Assembly (NCBI GenBank): GCA_016213325.1
Contig: JACRAY010000010.1
Coordinates: forward strand, 68,927 to 132,926
Length of the DNA: 64,000 bases
Reading direction: 5' to 3'
DNA from: Burkholderiales bacterium
Lineage (GTDB): Bacteria; Pseudomonadota; Gammaproteobacteria; Burkholderiales; Burkholderiaceae_C
Positions 54,568 to 63,198 of this stretch are shown here, one piece after another (the stretch's first letter is position 1; every line of letters begins with the position of its first letter). The translations under genes were made by a program, and so were the position numbers. The notes under the pieces were generated by a model. That model searched no databases. It had not been told where the DNA came from and worked only from the letters and a program-made list of their open reading frames with translations.

Positions 54568-55620
54568 TCAGCCGGCCTTGCGCCGCACCACCAGCGGATC
54601 GAACTTGTTGAAGTCCGGCACGAACTGGTTGGTGAGCACGTCGTTGGCCGTGACGCCGGCCCCGGGCGGGATCGTGCCGCCGTGCTCCAGCACCTTCACA
54701 TAGGTGTCGATCACCGCGGGGTCGAACGCGCCCCAGTTGGGGTTGCGCTTCAACGCATAGGTAATGGCGGCGTAGTTCGCATCCAGCACGGCCACCGTGC
54801 CCTTCACCCACTCGGCTTCCTTGTCCGCAGTGGGCTTGGCCGTCGGGTCGAACCGCCAGAACGCGCGCGCGCACTTGTCGGGCGCGGCCGCGCAGGCCAC
54901 CGACGACTTGGCCATCGCGCGGCCCATGCCGGCCACGAGCTGCGGCTTGTCGCGGATGGTGTCCACGTGCGCCAGCATGGCCGACGAGAAAATCGGGCGC
55001 AGCTGGTCCGAATGCGCGATGCGGCGGATCTGCATGCCCGAGAGCACCATCTTGGCGTCTTCGCTGGCCCACAGGTTCAGCGCGTCCACTTTGCCATCCT
55101 GCAGCTGCTTCCAGGCCGCGGGGCCGCTGCCCACGGGCACGAGCGTCACGTCGGCCGGCACCGACAGGCCCTGCTCCTTGAGCTGCGCGCGCGTCATCAT
55201 GATGTTGCCTGCACCCATGCTCACCACGCCGACCTTCTTGCCCTTCAGGTCCGCGATGGACTTGATCGGGCTGTCGGTGCGCACCGCGTAGTCGTACACG
55301 GTGGAAGCCAGGTAGTTGTAGACGAAGCGCACCGGCATCGGCGTCTTGCGCGCCACGTTGGCGATCAGCAGCGAGGACTCGCCCAGGCCGAACAGCACCG
55401 ACTTGTTGGCCAGCTGCGGCACGACCACCGCGGTGCCGCCGGTGAAGCCGGCCAGCTGCAGGTCGATGCCCTCCTCGGCAAAGAAGCCCAGCTCCTTGCC
55501 GAACAGCAGGTCCGAGTATTGCGAGCCGACGGTGGTGGGGATGGCGAGGGTCACCTTCTCCAGCGCCGCCGCGTTCAGTGCGATGAGCGCCAGCGCGGCG
55601 GCGGCGAGGATTCGTTTCAT
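54568..55620 (-). CDS. ABC transporter substrate-binding protein (NMT1/THI5-like, NitT/TauT family)
   Basis: 350 aa from the internal ATG with signal peptide MKRILAAAALALIALNAAA. The track ORF (729 aa) reads through from an antisense region. Confidence 0.85.
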   Translation of the reverse strand: MKRILAAAALALIALNAAALEKVTLAIPTTVGSQYSDLLFGKELGFFAEEGIDLQLAGFTGGTAVVVPQLANKSVLFGLGESSLLIANVARKTPMPVRFVYNYLASTVYDYAVRTDSPIKSIADLKGKKVGVVSMGAGNIMMTRAQLKEQGLSVPADVTLVPVGSGPAAWKQLQDGKVDALNLWASEDAKMVLSGMQIRRIAHSDQLRPIFSSAMLAHVDTIRDKPQLVAGMGRAMAKSSVACAAAPDKCARAFWRFDPTAKPTADKEAEWVKGTVAVLDANYAAITYALKRNPNWGAFDPAVIDTYVKVLEHGGTIPPGAGVTANDVLTNQFVPDFNKFDPLVVRRKAG

Positions 55621-55643
55621 GGGTTTGTCTCCTGGAAGGGAGA

Positions 55644-56888
55644 TTACTTCTTGGCGGGGAGGTACGGCGCCAGCTCGTTCTTGGCGACGGCGTTGCGGTG
55701 CACCTCGTCCGGCCCGTCCGCGATGCGCAGCGTGCGCGCGCTCGCGAGGAACTTGGCGAAGGGGAAGTCCTGCGACACCCCGGCGCCGCCGTGCGCCTGG
55801 ATCGCCCAGTCGATCACCTGCTGGGCCATGTTGGGCGCCACCACCTTGATCAGGGCGATGTCGTTCTTCGCGACCTTGTTGCCGTGCAGGTCCATCGTCC
55901 AGGCGGCGCGCAGCGTGAGCAGGCGCGCCATCTCGATGCGGCTGCGCGCCTCGGCGATACGCTCGTGCCACACGCCCTGCGACGCGATCGGCTTGCCGAA
56001 AGCCACGCGGCTCGTGAGCCGGCGGCACATCAGCTCCAGGCAGCGCTCGGCAATGCCGATGAGGCGCATGCAATGGTGGATGCGCCCGGGGCCGAGCCGG
56101 CCCTGCGCAATTTCGAAACCGCGCCCCTCGCCCAGCAGGATGTTGGCGGCGGGAACGCGCACGTCCTTGAACTCGATCTCCATGTGGCCGTGCGGCGCAT
56201 CGGAGAAGCCGAGCACGTCGAGATGGCGCACCACCTGGATGCCGGGCGTGCTGGCGGGCACCAGGATCATGCTCTGCTGCGCATGCCGGGGTGCGTCGGG
56301 GTTGGACTTGCCCATGGTGATGTACACCCTGCAATGCGGATTGCCCGCGCCCGACGTCCACCACTTGCGGCCGTTGATCACGTAGTCGTCGCCGTCGCGC
56401 ACGATGCTCGTACAGATGTTGGTGGCGTCGCTGGAGGCCACCTCCGGCTCGGTCATCGCGAAGGCCGAGCGGATGCGGCCTTCCATCAGCGGCATGAGCC
56501 ACTGCGCTTTCTGCTCGGGCGTGCCGTACAGGGCGAGCGTCTCCATGTTGCCGGTGTCCGGCGCCGAGCAATTGAACACCTCGCTGCACCATGACACCTT
56601 GCCCATCTCTTCGGCCAGCGGCGCGTACTCCTGGTTGGTCAGCCCCGCGCCCATCACGCCCGACTTCTCGCTGGTGTGCAGCGGCAGGAACAGGTTCCAC
56701 AGCCCCGCTTCGCGCGCCTTCGGCTTCAGGTTCTCGATGATCACGGAGGGCGTCCACGCCTTGCCGGCCTCGGCATTGGTGCGCACCTCCTGGTAGAAGT
56801 CCTTTTCAGCCGGGTAGATGTGGCTGTCCATGAACTGGCGCAGGCGCGTTCTGAGCTCGAGGGTCCGGGGGGAGTGGTTGAAGTCCAT
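55644..56888 (-). CDS. acyl-CoA dehydrogenase, ACAD10/ACAD11 (FadE2-like) subfamily
   Basis: 414 aa from [13 protein letters not shown].... Long blocks match my recollection of the ACAD10/11 dehydrogenase domain: ...GLWNLFLP..., ...[39 protein letters not shown]..., ...[22 protein letters not shown]..., ...ADGPDEVH.... Confidence 0.9.
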   Translation of the reverse strand: MDFNHSPRTLELRTRLRQFMDSHIYPAEKDFYQEVRTNAEAGKAWTPSVIIENLKPKAREAGLWNLFLPLHTSEKSGVMGAGLTNQEYAPLAEEMGKVSWCSEVFNCSAPDTGNMETLALYGTPEQKAQWLMPLMEGRIRSAFAMTEPEVASSDATNICTSIVRDGDDYVINGRKWWTSGAGNPHCRVYITMGKSNPDAPRHAQQSMILVPASTPGIQVVRHLDVLGFSDAPHGHMEIEFKDVRVPAANILLGEGRGFEIAQGRLGPGRIHHCMRLIGIAERCLELMCRRLTSRVAFGKPIASQGVWHERIAEARSRIEMARLLTLRAAWTMDLHGNKVAKNDIALIKVVAPNMAQQVIDWAIQAHGGAGVSQDFPFAKFLASARTLRIADGPDEVHRNAVAKNELAPYLPAKK

Positions 56889-56973
56889 GCGGCCCAGTCT
56901 AGGCAGCATGGGCGCGGCGCGAATCGTCGCAACCGACGATGGCACCTGTGGCGCAGCCGCCGACCATGCATGC

Positions 56974-58836
56974 ATGAAGATCAGCGCACCCCCGCACCGC
57001 GAGCCCCTGGTGGTGGCCGCCTTCTCCGGCTACTTCGGCGACCGTGCCACCGCGCTGGACGAAGCGATGGCCGGCGACGCCATCCACGTACTCATCGGTG
57101 ACTACCTGGCCGAGATCACCCTGGCGGGCATTTCCGCGCGCTTTCGCAAGGACCCCACGCAAGGCTACGCGGAATACTTCGTCAAGCAGGTGCAGCCGCA
57201 CCTGGCCGGCATCGCTGCGCGCGGCATCAAGCTGGTGACCAATGCCGGCGGCCTGAACCCGCACGGGCTGGCGCAGGTGCTGCGCGGCCTGGTCGCCGAA
57301 GCGGGACTGTCCCTGAAGATCGCATGTGTCGAAGGCGACAACGTGCTCGACCGTGTCGCTCTGCTGCAGGCGGCGGGCCATCCCTTCACGCACCTGGACA
57401 CCGGCGAGACGCTGGCGGACTGGGGCCGCACGCCGATCGCGGCCAATGCCTACCTGGGCGCCTGGGGCATCGCAGCGGCCTTGCGCGAAGGCGCGGACAT
57501 CGTGCTGTGCGGTCGCGTCACCGACTCGTCGCTGACGCTCGGCCCGGCGGCGTGGTGGCACGGCTGGCAACTGGACGACTGGGATCGCCTGGCCGGTGGC
57601 GTGGTGGCGGGCCACATCCTGGAATGCGGGCCGCACGTCACCGGCGGCAACTTCAGCGGCTTCGCCTCGTTGCCCGGTATCACCTTCCCCGGCTTCCCGG
57701 TGGGCGAGATCGCGGCGGACGGCAGCACCGTCATCACCAAGCACGCGCGCGACGGCGGTGCGGTGACCACCCACACCGTGACGGCGCAACTGGTCTACGA
57801 GATCCAGGGGCCCAAGTACCTGAACCCCGACGTGACCGTGGACCTGTCGGACATCCGCTGCGAGCAGATCGCGCCCGACCGGGTGCGCGTGAGCGGTGCG
57901 CGGGGCGCGCCGCCGCCCGACACCACCAAGGTGGCGATGTTCGCCACCGAAGGCTGGCAGATCGTGTCGTGGGCGTTCGTCACCGGCATCGACATCGAGC
58001 GCAAGCTGGCGCTGCTGCGCGCCCAACTGCACGCCCTGCTGGGCGGCCATGTGGATCACCTGGAGATCACGGCATTCGGCACGCCTGCCGCGCAGCCGGA
58101 GTCGCAGGCCGAAGCCACGGTGGCCGTGCGCATCGCGGCGCGGGCGAGCGAGCGCGATGCACTCACCGAAGAGCACTTCTTCAGCAAGCTCAACAGCCTT
58201 TACCTGTGGAGCGTGCCCGGCTTCTACACCGACTCGGGCGCGGAGCGCTCGCTCAAGCCCACGCGGCGCATCGAATACTGGCCGGCGGTGCTGGACGTCT
58301 CGCAACTCACGCACACCGTGACGCTGGACGACGGCCGCACTCTGGAGATTCCGCCGCATCCGCGCGCCGTGAAGGCCGCGCAGCAACCCGTTCATGCCGA
58401 GCCGCAGCCCCAGCCGGTGGACGCAAGGCGCGCCACGCAGCGTGCGCCGCTCGGCCGCGTCGCGTACGCGCGTTCAGGCGACAAAGGCGGCAACAGCAAC
58501 GTGGGTATCTGGGCCGCCGACGAGAAGGCCTGGCCCTGGCTCAGGCAGGCGCTCACGACCGACACGCTGCGCCGGCTGCTGCCCCGCGCCGATGGGCTGG
58601 AGATCGTGCGCCACGAATTTCCCCACCTGCGCGCCGTGCATTTCATCGTGCGCGGCCTGCTGGGCCGTGGCGGCAGCACCAACCTGCAGGCCGACCAGGT
58701 TGGCAAGGCGGTGGGCGAGTTCGTGCTGGCGCGCCAGATGGACATCCCGGTGGAATTGCTGGTGGACGACTACACCGGCCCTCGCCCGAAAGTACCCATT
58801 TCAAGCACCACGGAGGTGGTTTTGCACCGAGGGTGA
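56974..58836 (+). CDS. AtuA-like (acyclic terpene utilisation, DUF1446) family protein
   Basis: 620 aa from the [27 protein letters not shown].... ...LIGDYLAE.T... and ...GRVTDS... are present. The C-terminal region reads ...[16 protein letters not shown].... Confidence 0.8.
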   Translation: MKISAPPHREPLVVAAFSGYFGDRATALDEAMAGDAIHVLIGDYLAEITLAGISARFRKDPTQGYAEYFVKQVQPHLAGIAARGIKLVTNAGGLNPHGLAQVLRGLVAEAGLSLKIACVEGDNVLDRVALLQAAGHPFTHLDTGETLADWGRTPIAANAYLGAWGIAAALREGADIVLCGRVTDSSLTLGPAAWWHGWQLDDWDRLAGGVVAGHILECGPHVTGGNFSGFASLPGITFPGFPVGEIAADGSTVITKHARDGGAVTTHTVTAQLVYEIQGPKYLNPDVTVDLSDIRCEQIAPDRVRVSGARGAPPPDTTKVAMFATEGWQIVSWAFVTGIDIERKLALLRAQLHALLGGHVDHLEITAFGTPAAQPESQAEATVAVRIAARASERDALTEEHFFSKLNSLYLWSVPGFYTDSGAERSLKPTRRIEYWPAVLDVSQLTHTVTLDDGRTLEIPPHPRAVKAAQQPVHAEPQPQPVDARRATQRAPLGRVAYARSGDKGGNSNVGIWAADEKAWPWLRQALTTDTLRRLLPRADGLEIVRHEFPHLRAVHFIVRGLLGRGGSTNLQADQVGKAVGEFVLARQMDIPVELLVDDYTGPRPKVPISSTTEVVLHRG

Positions 58837-58884
58837 CAGGGCTCCCTAGAATGGCCTGCGGGGCGCTGGTCCCCGCCGCCCTTC

Positions 58885-61608
58885 ATGACCCAGGTCTCTT
58901 CATCCCCCGCCGCCTCGCCGCTGCTGCGCAGCCGCGTGATGGCGCAGTCCAGCAAGTTCAACCCGCCGGGCACCAGCGCCGCCTTCGTGCGCCGCGCTGC
59001 GATCACCGAACGCGTGGAACGAGCCGCGGCGGCCCGGCTGGTGCTGGTGCGCGCGCCGGCCGGCTTCGGCAAGACCACGGCGCTGCGCCAGATCCACGAA
59101 CAGCTCAGCGCCGAGGGCATCGCCACCGCCTGGATCACGGTCGACAGCGCCGACAACGATGTGCCCCGCTTCCTCAACTGCCTGGCCGAGGCGGTGGCAC
59201 GCCTGCAGATCGAAGACGATGCCGGCTCCACGGCCGACGCCGAGACGCTGGCGCTGCTGGAACGCGACGGCCCGCCCTTTGCGCTGTTCCTCGACGAATT
59301 CGAAACCGTGCAATCGCCTGCCGTGATCGGCCTGGTGCGCGAGGTGATCGAGCGGCTGCCGCGCAACGGCCGGCTGGTGATCGGCTCGCGCAGCCTGCCC
59401 GACGTGGGCGTGGGGCGCCTCAGGGTGCGCGGCCAGCTGGTGGAGATCGGCGTCGACGTGCTGCGTTTCAGCGTGGAAGAGACGGCCGAGTTCCTGCGCC
59501 TGCGCTCGGTACCGCCGCTGGCGCCCGACGTGCTGGAACTGCTGCACGCGCGCACCGAAGGCTGGATTGCGGCGCTGCTGCTCGCCGCCATGGCGCTGGA
59601 CAGCCACGCGGCCGCCGGTGAGTTCATCCAGCGGCTGTCCGGCTCGGGCGGCGCCATTGCCGAATACCTGGCCGAGGACGTGCTGGGCCGCCAGCCGAGC
59701 GAAGTGCGCGAGTTCCTGCTGCGCACCAGCATCCTGCGCCAGCTCAATGGCACGCTGTGCCAGGCGCTGGTGCCGCGCACCGACTGCGCGCGCATGCTGG
59801 AGCAGCTGAACGCGTCGAGCCTGTTCCTGTTGCCCGTGGAAAGCGAAGGGCCGGAGCACAACTACCGCTACCACGCGCTGTTCGCCACCTTCCTGCGCAC
59901 CCAGTTGCAGCGCGAGCACCCGGACGAGTTGCTGCGCCTGCACTTGACCGCCAGCGCCTGGTACGAATCCGTCGGCCGCCCCGTGCCCGCCATCGACCAC
60001 GCGATCGAAGGCGGCGACCACCCGCATGCGCTGGGCCTGCTGGAACAGCACGCGCAGCGCTTCGTCGAGCAGGGACGCATGCGCCTGCTGGCGCGCTGGT
60101 TCGCCGCCATTCCGCGCGAGCAGATGAGCCTGCACCCGCACATGCAGGCGATCGAGGTGTGGGCCGTGCTGTTCACGCAAGGCGCATCGGACGGCATGCC
60201 GCTGCTGGCCGCCAGCGGCATCGAGGCGAGCGAGGACCCCACCATCCGCGCGCACGTGAACGCGCTGCGGCCGCTGCTGCTGGCCATGCTGGACCGCTAC
60301 GACGAGGCCAACGAGATCGGCCGCGCCGGCCTTGCCCGGCTGCCCACCGCCGTGCCGTTCGCCGACACGGTGCTGACCAACTGCATGGCGCACGTCACCT
60401 CGGTGCTGGGGGAAAAGCGCGAAGCGCAGCGCCTGCTGGACGTGGCGCGCCAGACGCAGGGCAGCAGCGTGTTCAACCGCATGTACACCGAGTCGACCGA
60501 GGGCCTGCTGGACATCGAGCGCGGGCGCTTCCGCCAGGCCACGGCGCGCTTCCGCCTCGCAGTCGACTCGACCACGCGCGAGAGCGACTACAGCCACACG
60601 GGCGGCAACGCGTGGGCCGGCGTGCTGTATGCAAGCGCGATGTACGAGGCCGATGAACTCGACGCCGTGGACCGCCTGCTGAACGTCTACCTGCCGCTCG
60701 CGCGCGAGGTGGGCCTGCCGGACCACATGATCAGCAGCTACGCGATGCGCAGCCGCCTGTTGTTCTGGCGCGGCGACGTCGACGGCGCCCTGCGTGTGCT
60801 GACCGAGCTGGAGACGCTGGGCCACCTGCGCAAGCTGCCGCGCGTGGTGGCCACCGCCAAGCTGGAACGCGCCCGCATGCTGATGCGCCAGGGAAACTCA
60901 TACGGTGCGAAGGAAGAACTGGACCGCGCCGACGACAAGGCGGTGTGGGAGCGGGTGGCGCGCCAGCGCCTGCCGGCGCACGACGTGCTGGACATCGGCA
61001 TCGCGCGCCTGCGCTGGGACATCCTGTTCGGCGACGCCTCTGCAGCGCTGCACCGCATCGAGCAAGACCTGCCCGCGGTGGACGCCGAGGCGCGCGTGCG
61101 CCGCAGCCGCAAGCTGCGCGTGCTGAAGGCGATGGCTCTGTGGAAGACCAGGCAGTTCGACGCGGCGGCGGACGTGATGCGCGACATCCTGCTGGAAGGC
61201 AGCCGCGAAGGCTTTGTGCGGCTGGTCGTCGACGAAGGCCCGGCCGTCGCCGGCGCCATCCAGGCGGTGTTGGCGCCGCTGAAGGCCGCGCCGGAGAAAT
61301 CGGACCCGATCCTGATCGACTATGCGCAGCGGCTGCTGGACGTGCTGGGCCCCGACGCCCTGGCCGTGGAGACGGCGCAGGCGGCGGCCACCGGCGAGGT
61401 GCCGTGGCAGGTGGAGCCGCTCACGCAGAAGGAGCTGCAGGTGCTGAAGCTGCTGGCCGAGGGCTACTCGAACAGCGCGATGTCGGAGAAGCTGTTTGTC
61501 TCCGACAGCACCGTGCGCACGCACCTGCGGAACATCAACATGAAGCTGGGGGCGCAGAATCGCACGCAGGCGGTGTCGCTGGCGCGGAGGTATGGGTTGA
61601 TACGGTAG
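58885..61608 (+). CDS. MalT-like large LuxR-family transcriptional regulator (NTPase + TPR-like sensor + LuxR HTH)
   Basis: 907 aa. The P-loop is VRAPAGFGKTT with Walker B ALFLDEFE. A long helical repeat region follows. The C-terminal HTH reads ...LTQKELQVLKLLAEGYSNSAMSEKLFVSDSTVRTHLRNINMKLG. Confidence 0.9.
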   Translation: MTQVSSSPAASPLLRSRVMAQSSKFNPPGTSAAFVRRAAITERVERAAAARLVLVRAPAGFGKTTALRQIHEQLSAEGIATAWITVDSADNDVPRFLNCLAEAVARLQIEDDAGSTADAETLALLERDGPPFALFLDEFETVQSPAVIGLVREVIERLPRNGRLVIGSRSLPDVGVGRLRVRGQLVEIGVDVLRFSVEETAEFLRLRSVPPLAPDVLELLHARTEGWIAALLLAAMALDSHAAAGEFIQRLSGSGGAIAEYLAEDVLGRQPSEVREFLLRTSILRQLNGTLCQALVPRTDCARMLEQLNASSLFLLPVESEGPEHNYRYHALFATFLRTQLQREHPDELLRLHLTASAWYESVGRPVPAIDHAIEGGDHPHALGLLEQHAQRFVEQGRMRLLARWFAAIPREQMSLHPHMQAIEVWAVLFTQGASDGMPLLAASGIEASEDPTIRAHVNALRPLLLAMLDRYDEANEIGRAGLARLPTAVPFADTVLTNCMAHVTSVLGEKREAQRLLDVARQTQGSSVFNRMYTESTEGLLDIERGRFRQATARFRLAVDSTTRESDYSHTGGNAWAGVLYASAMYEADELDAVDRLLNVYLPLAREVGLPDHMISSYAMRSRLLFWRGDVDGALRVLTELETLGHLRKLPRVVATAKLERARMLMRQGNSYGAKEELDRADDKAVWERVARQRLPAHDVLDIGIARLRWDILFGDASAALHRIEQDLPAVDAEARVRRSRKLRVLKAMALWKTRQFDAAADVMRDILLEGSREGFVRLVVDEGPAVAGAIQAVLAPLKAAPEKSDPILIDYAQRLLDVLGPDALAVETAQAAATGEVPWQVEPLTQKELQVLKLLAEGYSNSAMSEKLFVSDSTVRTHLRNINMKLGAQNRTQAVSLARRYGLIR

Positions 61609-61735
61609 CTGGGGGTCGGCGGGCCGGTTTCATCACCACCGGGTGGTTGTTCGGCGGCAGGGGCGCTGCTGGGAATGTTGCTGGTGGTGGAGGTGCTTCA
61701 CCCAGCTGCGTCCGGCAGGGGCGGCTCGCTGAACG

Positions 61736-61816
61736 TCATTCCCGCGAAGGCGGGAATCCAGGGCTTTCCTGCCATGGGGTGGGTAAAGCGAGCACTGCGG
61801 GCGCAGCGTACCCACC
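61736..61816. repeat. REP cluster: one 'PAKAGIQ'-type hairpin (ATTCCCGC-GAAG-GCGGGAAT) plus one GGTGGGTA...TACCCACC hairpin
   Basis: The hairpins are at 61738-61757 and 61778-61816. The first element, with its flanks, is the inverted counterpart of 18674-18710. It marks the boundary between the high-GC core and the lower-GC edge region. Confidence 0.55.
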
Positions 61817-61960
61817 GTTCTTCCTTCTACACATCGGCTTCTGGCCCGAGATCGGACGTCCTATTGCGCTCCGGAGCACCTCGGCGGCGAGGAGGTAGGC
61901 GTTCCGCGAGGGACCGCGTCCGAGGTTGACCCCCCACTTGCCAAAGCAGAAGAGACTCAT
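61736..61960 (-). pseudogene. possible gene remnant with a near-ideal SD whose reading frame runs into the REP cluster
   Basis: AAGGAG lies 7 nt upstream of the ATG at 61960. The product is MSLFCFGKWGVNLGRGPSRNAYLLAAEVLRSAIGRPISGQKP..., and the rest is REP-encoded. I recognise no family. Confidence 0.2.
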
Positions 61961-62030
61961 GGCCTTGCTCCTTCAGCAGCGGGTCGGCTGCAGTCTATCG
62001 TAGGCATGAGCTTCTCGGTACCATTTCGCC

Positions 62031-62681
62031 ATGGAGCACTTCAAGGGATGGATGCTGGTCGTCGCTTTGCTGGACGCGGCACTCGCCGTATGGTTCTTTC
62101 AGACGATCTGGCCGGGCGTGGATCTGTGGCTGAAGGACAACCAGCATCTCTCTGGTTGGATGCAGTTCCTTGGCGCGGTAATCGCGCTCATTGCGGCGTA
62201 TCACCTTGGGACCCGGCAAGCCGCTGCCGCGAGAGCGTTGGCTCGCGAACAGCAGGTTGTCGCCGCGCTCAACACGTTCGACACGATCCGGGTCATGCTC
62301 GAACATGCCCATTTTGTCCTCAAGGCCTACAAACAGGACTGGGAGAACTTCAGTCACCCACCATACCTCGACGACCATGGGGAGTGGGTGCGCATCCGCG
62401 ACGGAATCGCGGCAATCGACGCATTCAAGAGCAACGCACCAGAACTACTCGGAATGTTGCTGCAAGTCCCAAGAGCTCTTGATGCGGCAATCGACGCCCG
62501 AGACAGCCTGATGGACGTCTACATAGGACGCAACGCAGGAGCAATTCTTCCGAAGCCTCCGTTGAAGCCACTTCTCGACACCATGTTCAACAAGGTCGAG
62601 CAGGCGAAGGGCATGCTGGCGATCACGCTGGAAGCGAACCACAAGGCGGCAGCGGAGGTTCACAAGAAGCTGTCGCGCTAG
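62031..62681 (+). CDS. hypothetical membrane-anchored helical protein (2 N-terminal TM segments)
   Basis: 216 aa with an ATG start. TM1 is WMLVVALLDAALAVWFF and TM2 is WMQFLGAVIALIAAYHL, followed by a soluble helical domain. GC is visibly lower than in the core. I recognise no family. Confidence 0.6.
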   Translation: MEHFKGWMLVVALLDAALAVWFFQTIWPGVDLWLKDNQHLSGWMQFLGAVIALIAAYHLGTRQAAAARALAREQQVVAALNTFDTIRVMLEHAHFVLKAYKQDWENFSHPPYLDDHGEWVRIRDGIAAIDAFKSNAPELLGMLLQVPRALDAAIDARDSLMDVYIGRNAGAILPKPPLKPLLDTMFNKVEQAKGMLAITLEANHKAAAEVHKKLSR

Positions 62682-63198
62682 CTGTCGTGGGGTGTAGAAC
62701 TCACCAGCATGGCCAAACTACCCCGGAATGAGAGACCCAGTGCGGAACCATGCGAGGAGTCCGATCGCGATCAGCCGCTCCTAACGGCTGCATTGCAGTA
62801 CGCCGAGCAATTGGCGCGCTGCCCATCGACTCCGTGCAGACAAGGAGGCGGAGGACGTCCTGGACGAACCAGAGGAGGCTGCCCCACCGGCCCCAGCCCC
62901 AGCAACTGCAGAACACGCTGAACGCCTCATGGCGGGGCTGGAAAAGCCGCGCGGTACGCTGCGCTGGGTCGCCGGGGCCGTGTTCTGGTCGCCGTTGTGT
63001 TGGGGAGCCGCTAGGCCGAAGGCACAGGGGCCGAGATAGCGGGCAGCCAAACCGGATACGAAACCGGATATCTGTAGAGGCTCCTGCGACTGCTCTAAGA
63101 CGGTGAGAATGCGAGAATGTGTCGATGCAATTGCACTGTCTCGTGATGTTGTCTACGCAGGTCCTCGTTGCGCGGGCAACGGGCGAGCAGATGCTGCC

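Noticed and set aside
58900-60825. 641 aa minus-strand ORF and other long frames (57324..59621, 56899..58395) around the AtuA and LuxR genes
   Set aside because: They overlap well-supported plus-strand genes either antisense or out of frame, and they have Arg/Ala/Gly/Pro-rich low-complexity translations.
61995-62378. 127 aa minus-strand ORF overlapping the 216 aa membrane-protein gene
   Set aside because: It is antisense to a frame with clear TM segments and better coding composition, and it has no SD or motif.
62785-63039. An 84-codon open frame with protein-like translation (...ADKEAEDVLDEPEEAAPPAPAPATAEHAERLMAGLEKPRGTLRWVAGAVFWSPLCWG...) in the gap between the two edge-region genes
   Set aside because: It has no plausible start codon before the internal ATG, which would give only 36 aa. 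It has no SD and is bounded by stops in all frames. It may be a decayed gene fragment but is not supportable as a feature.
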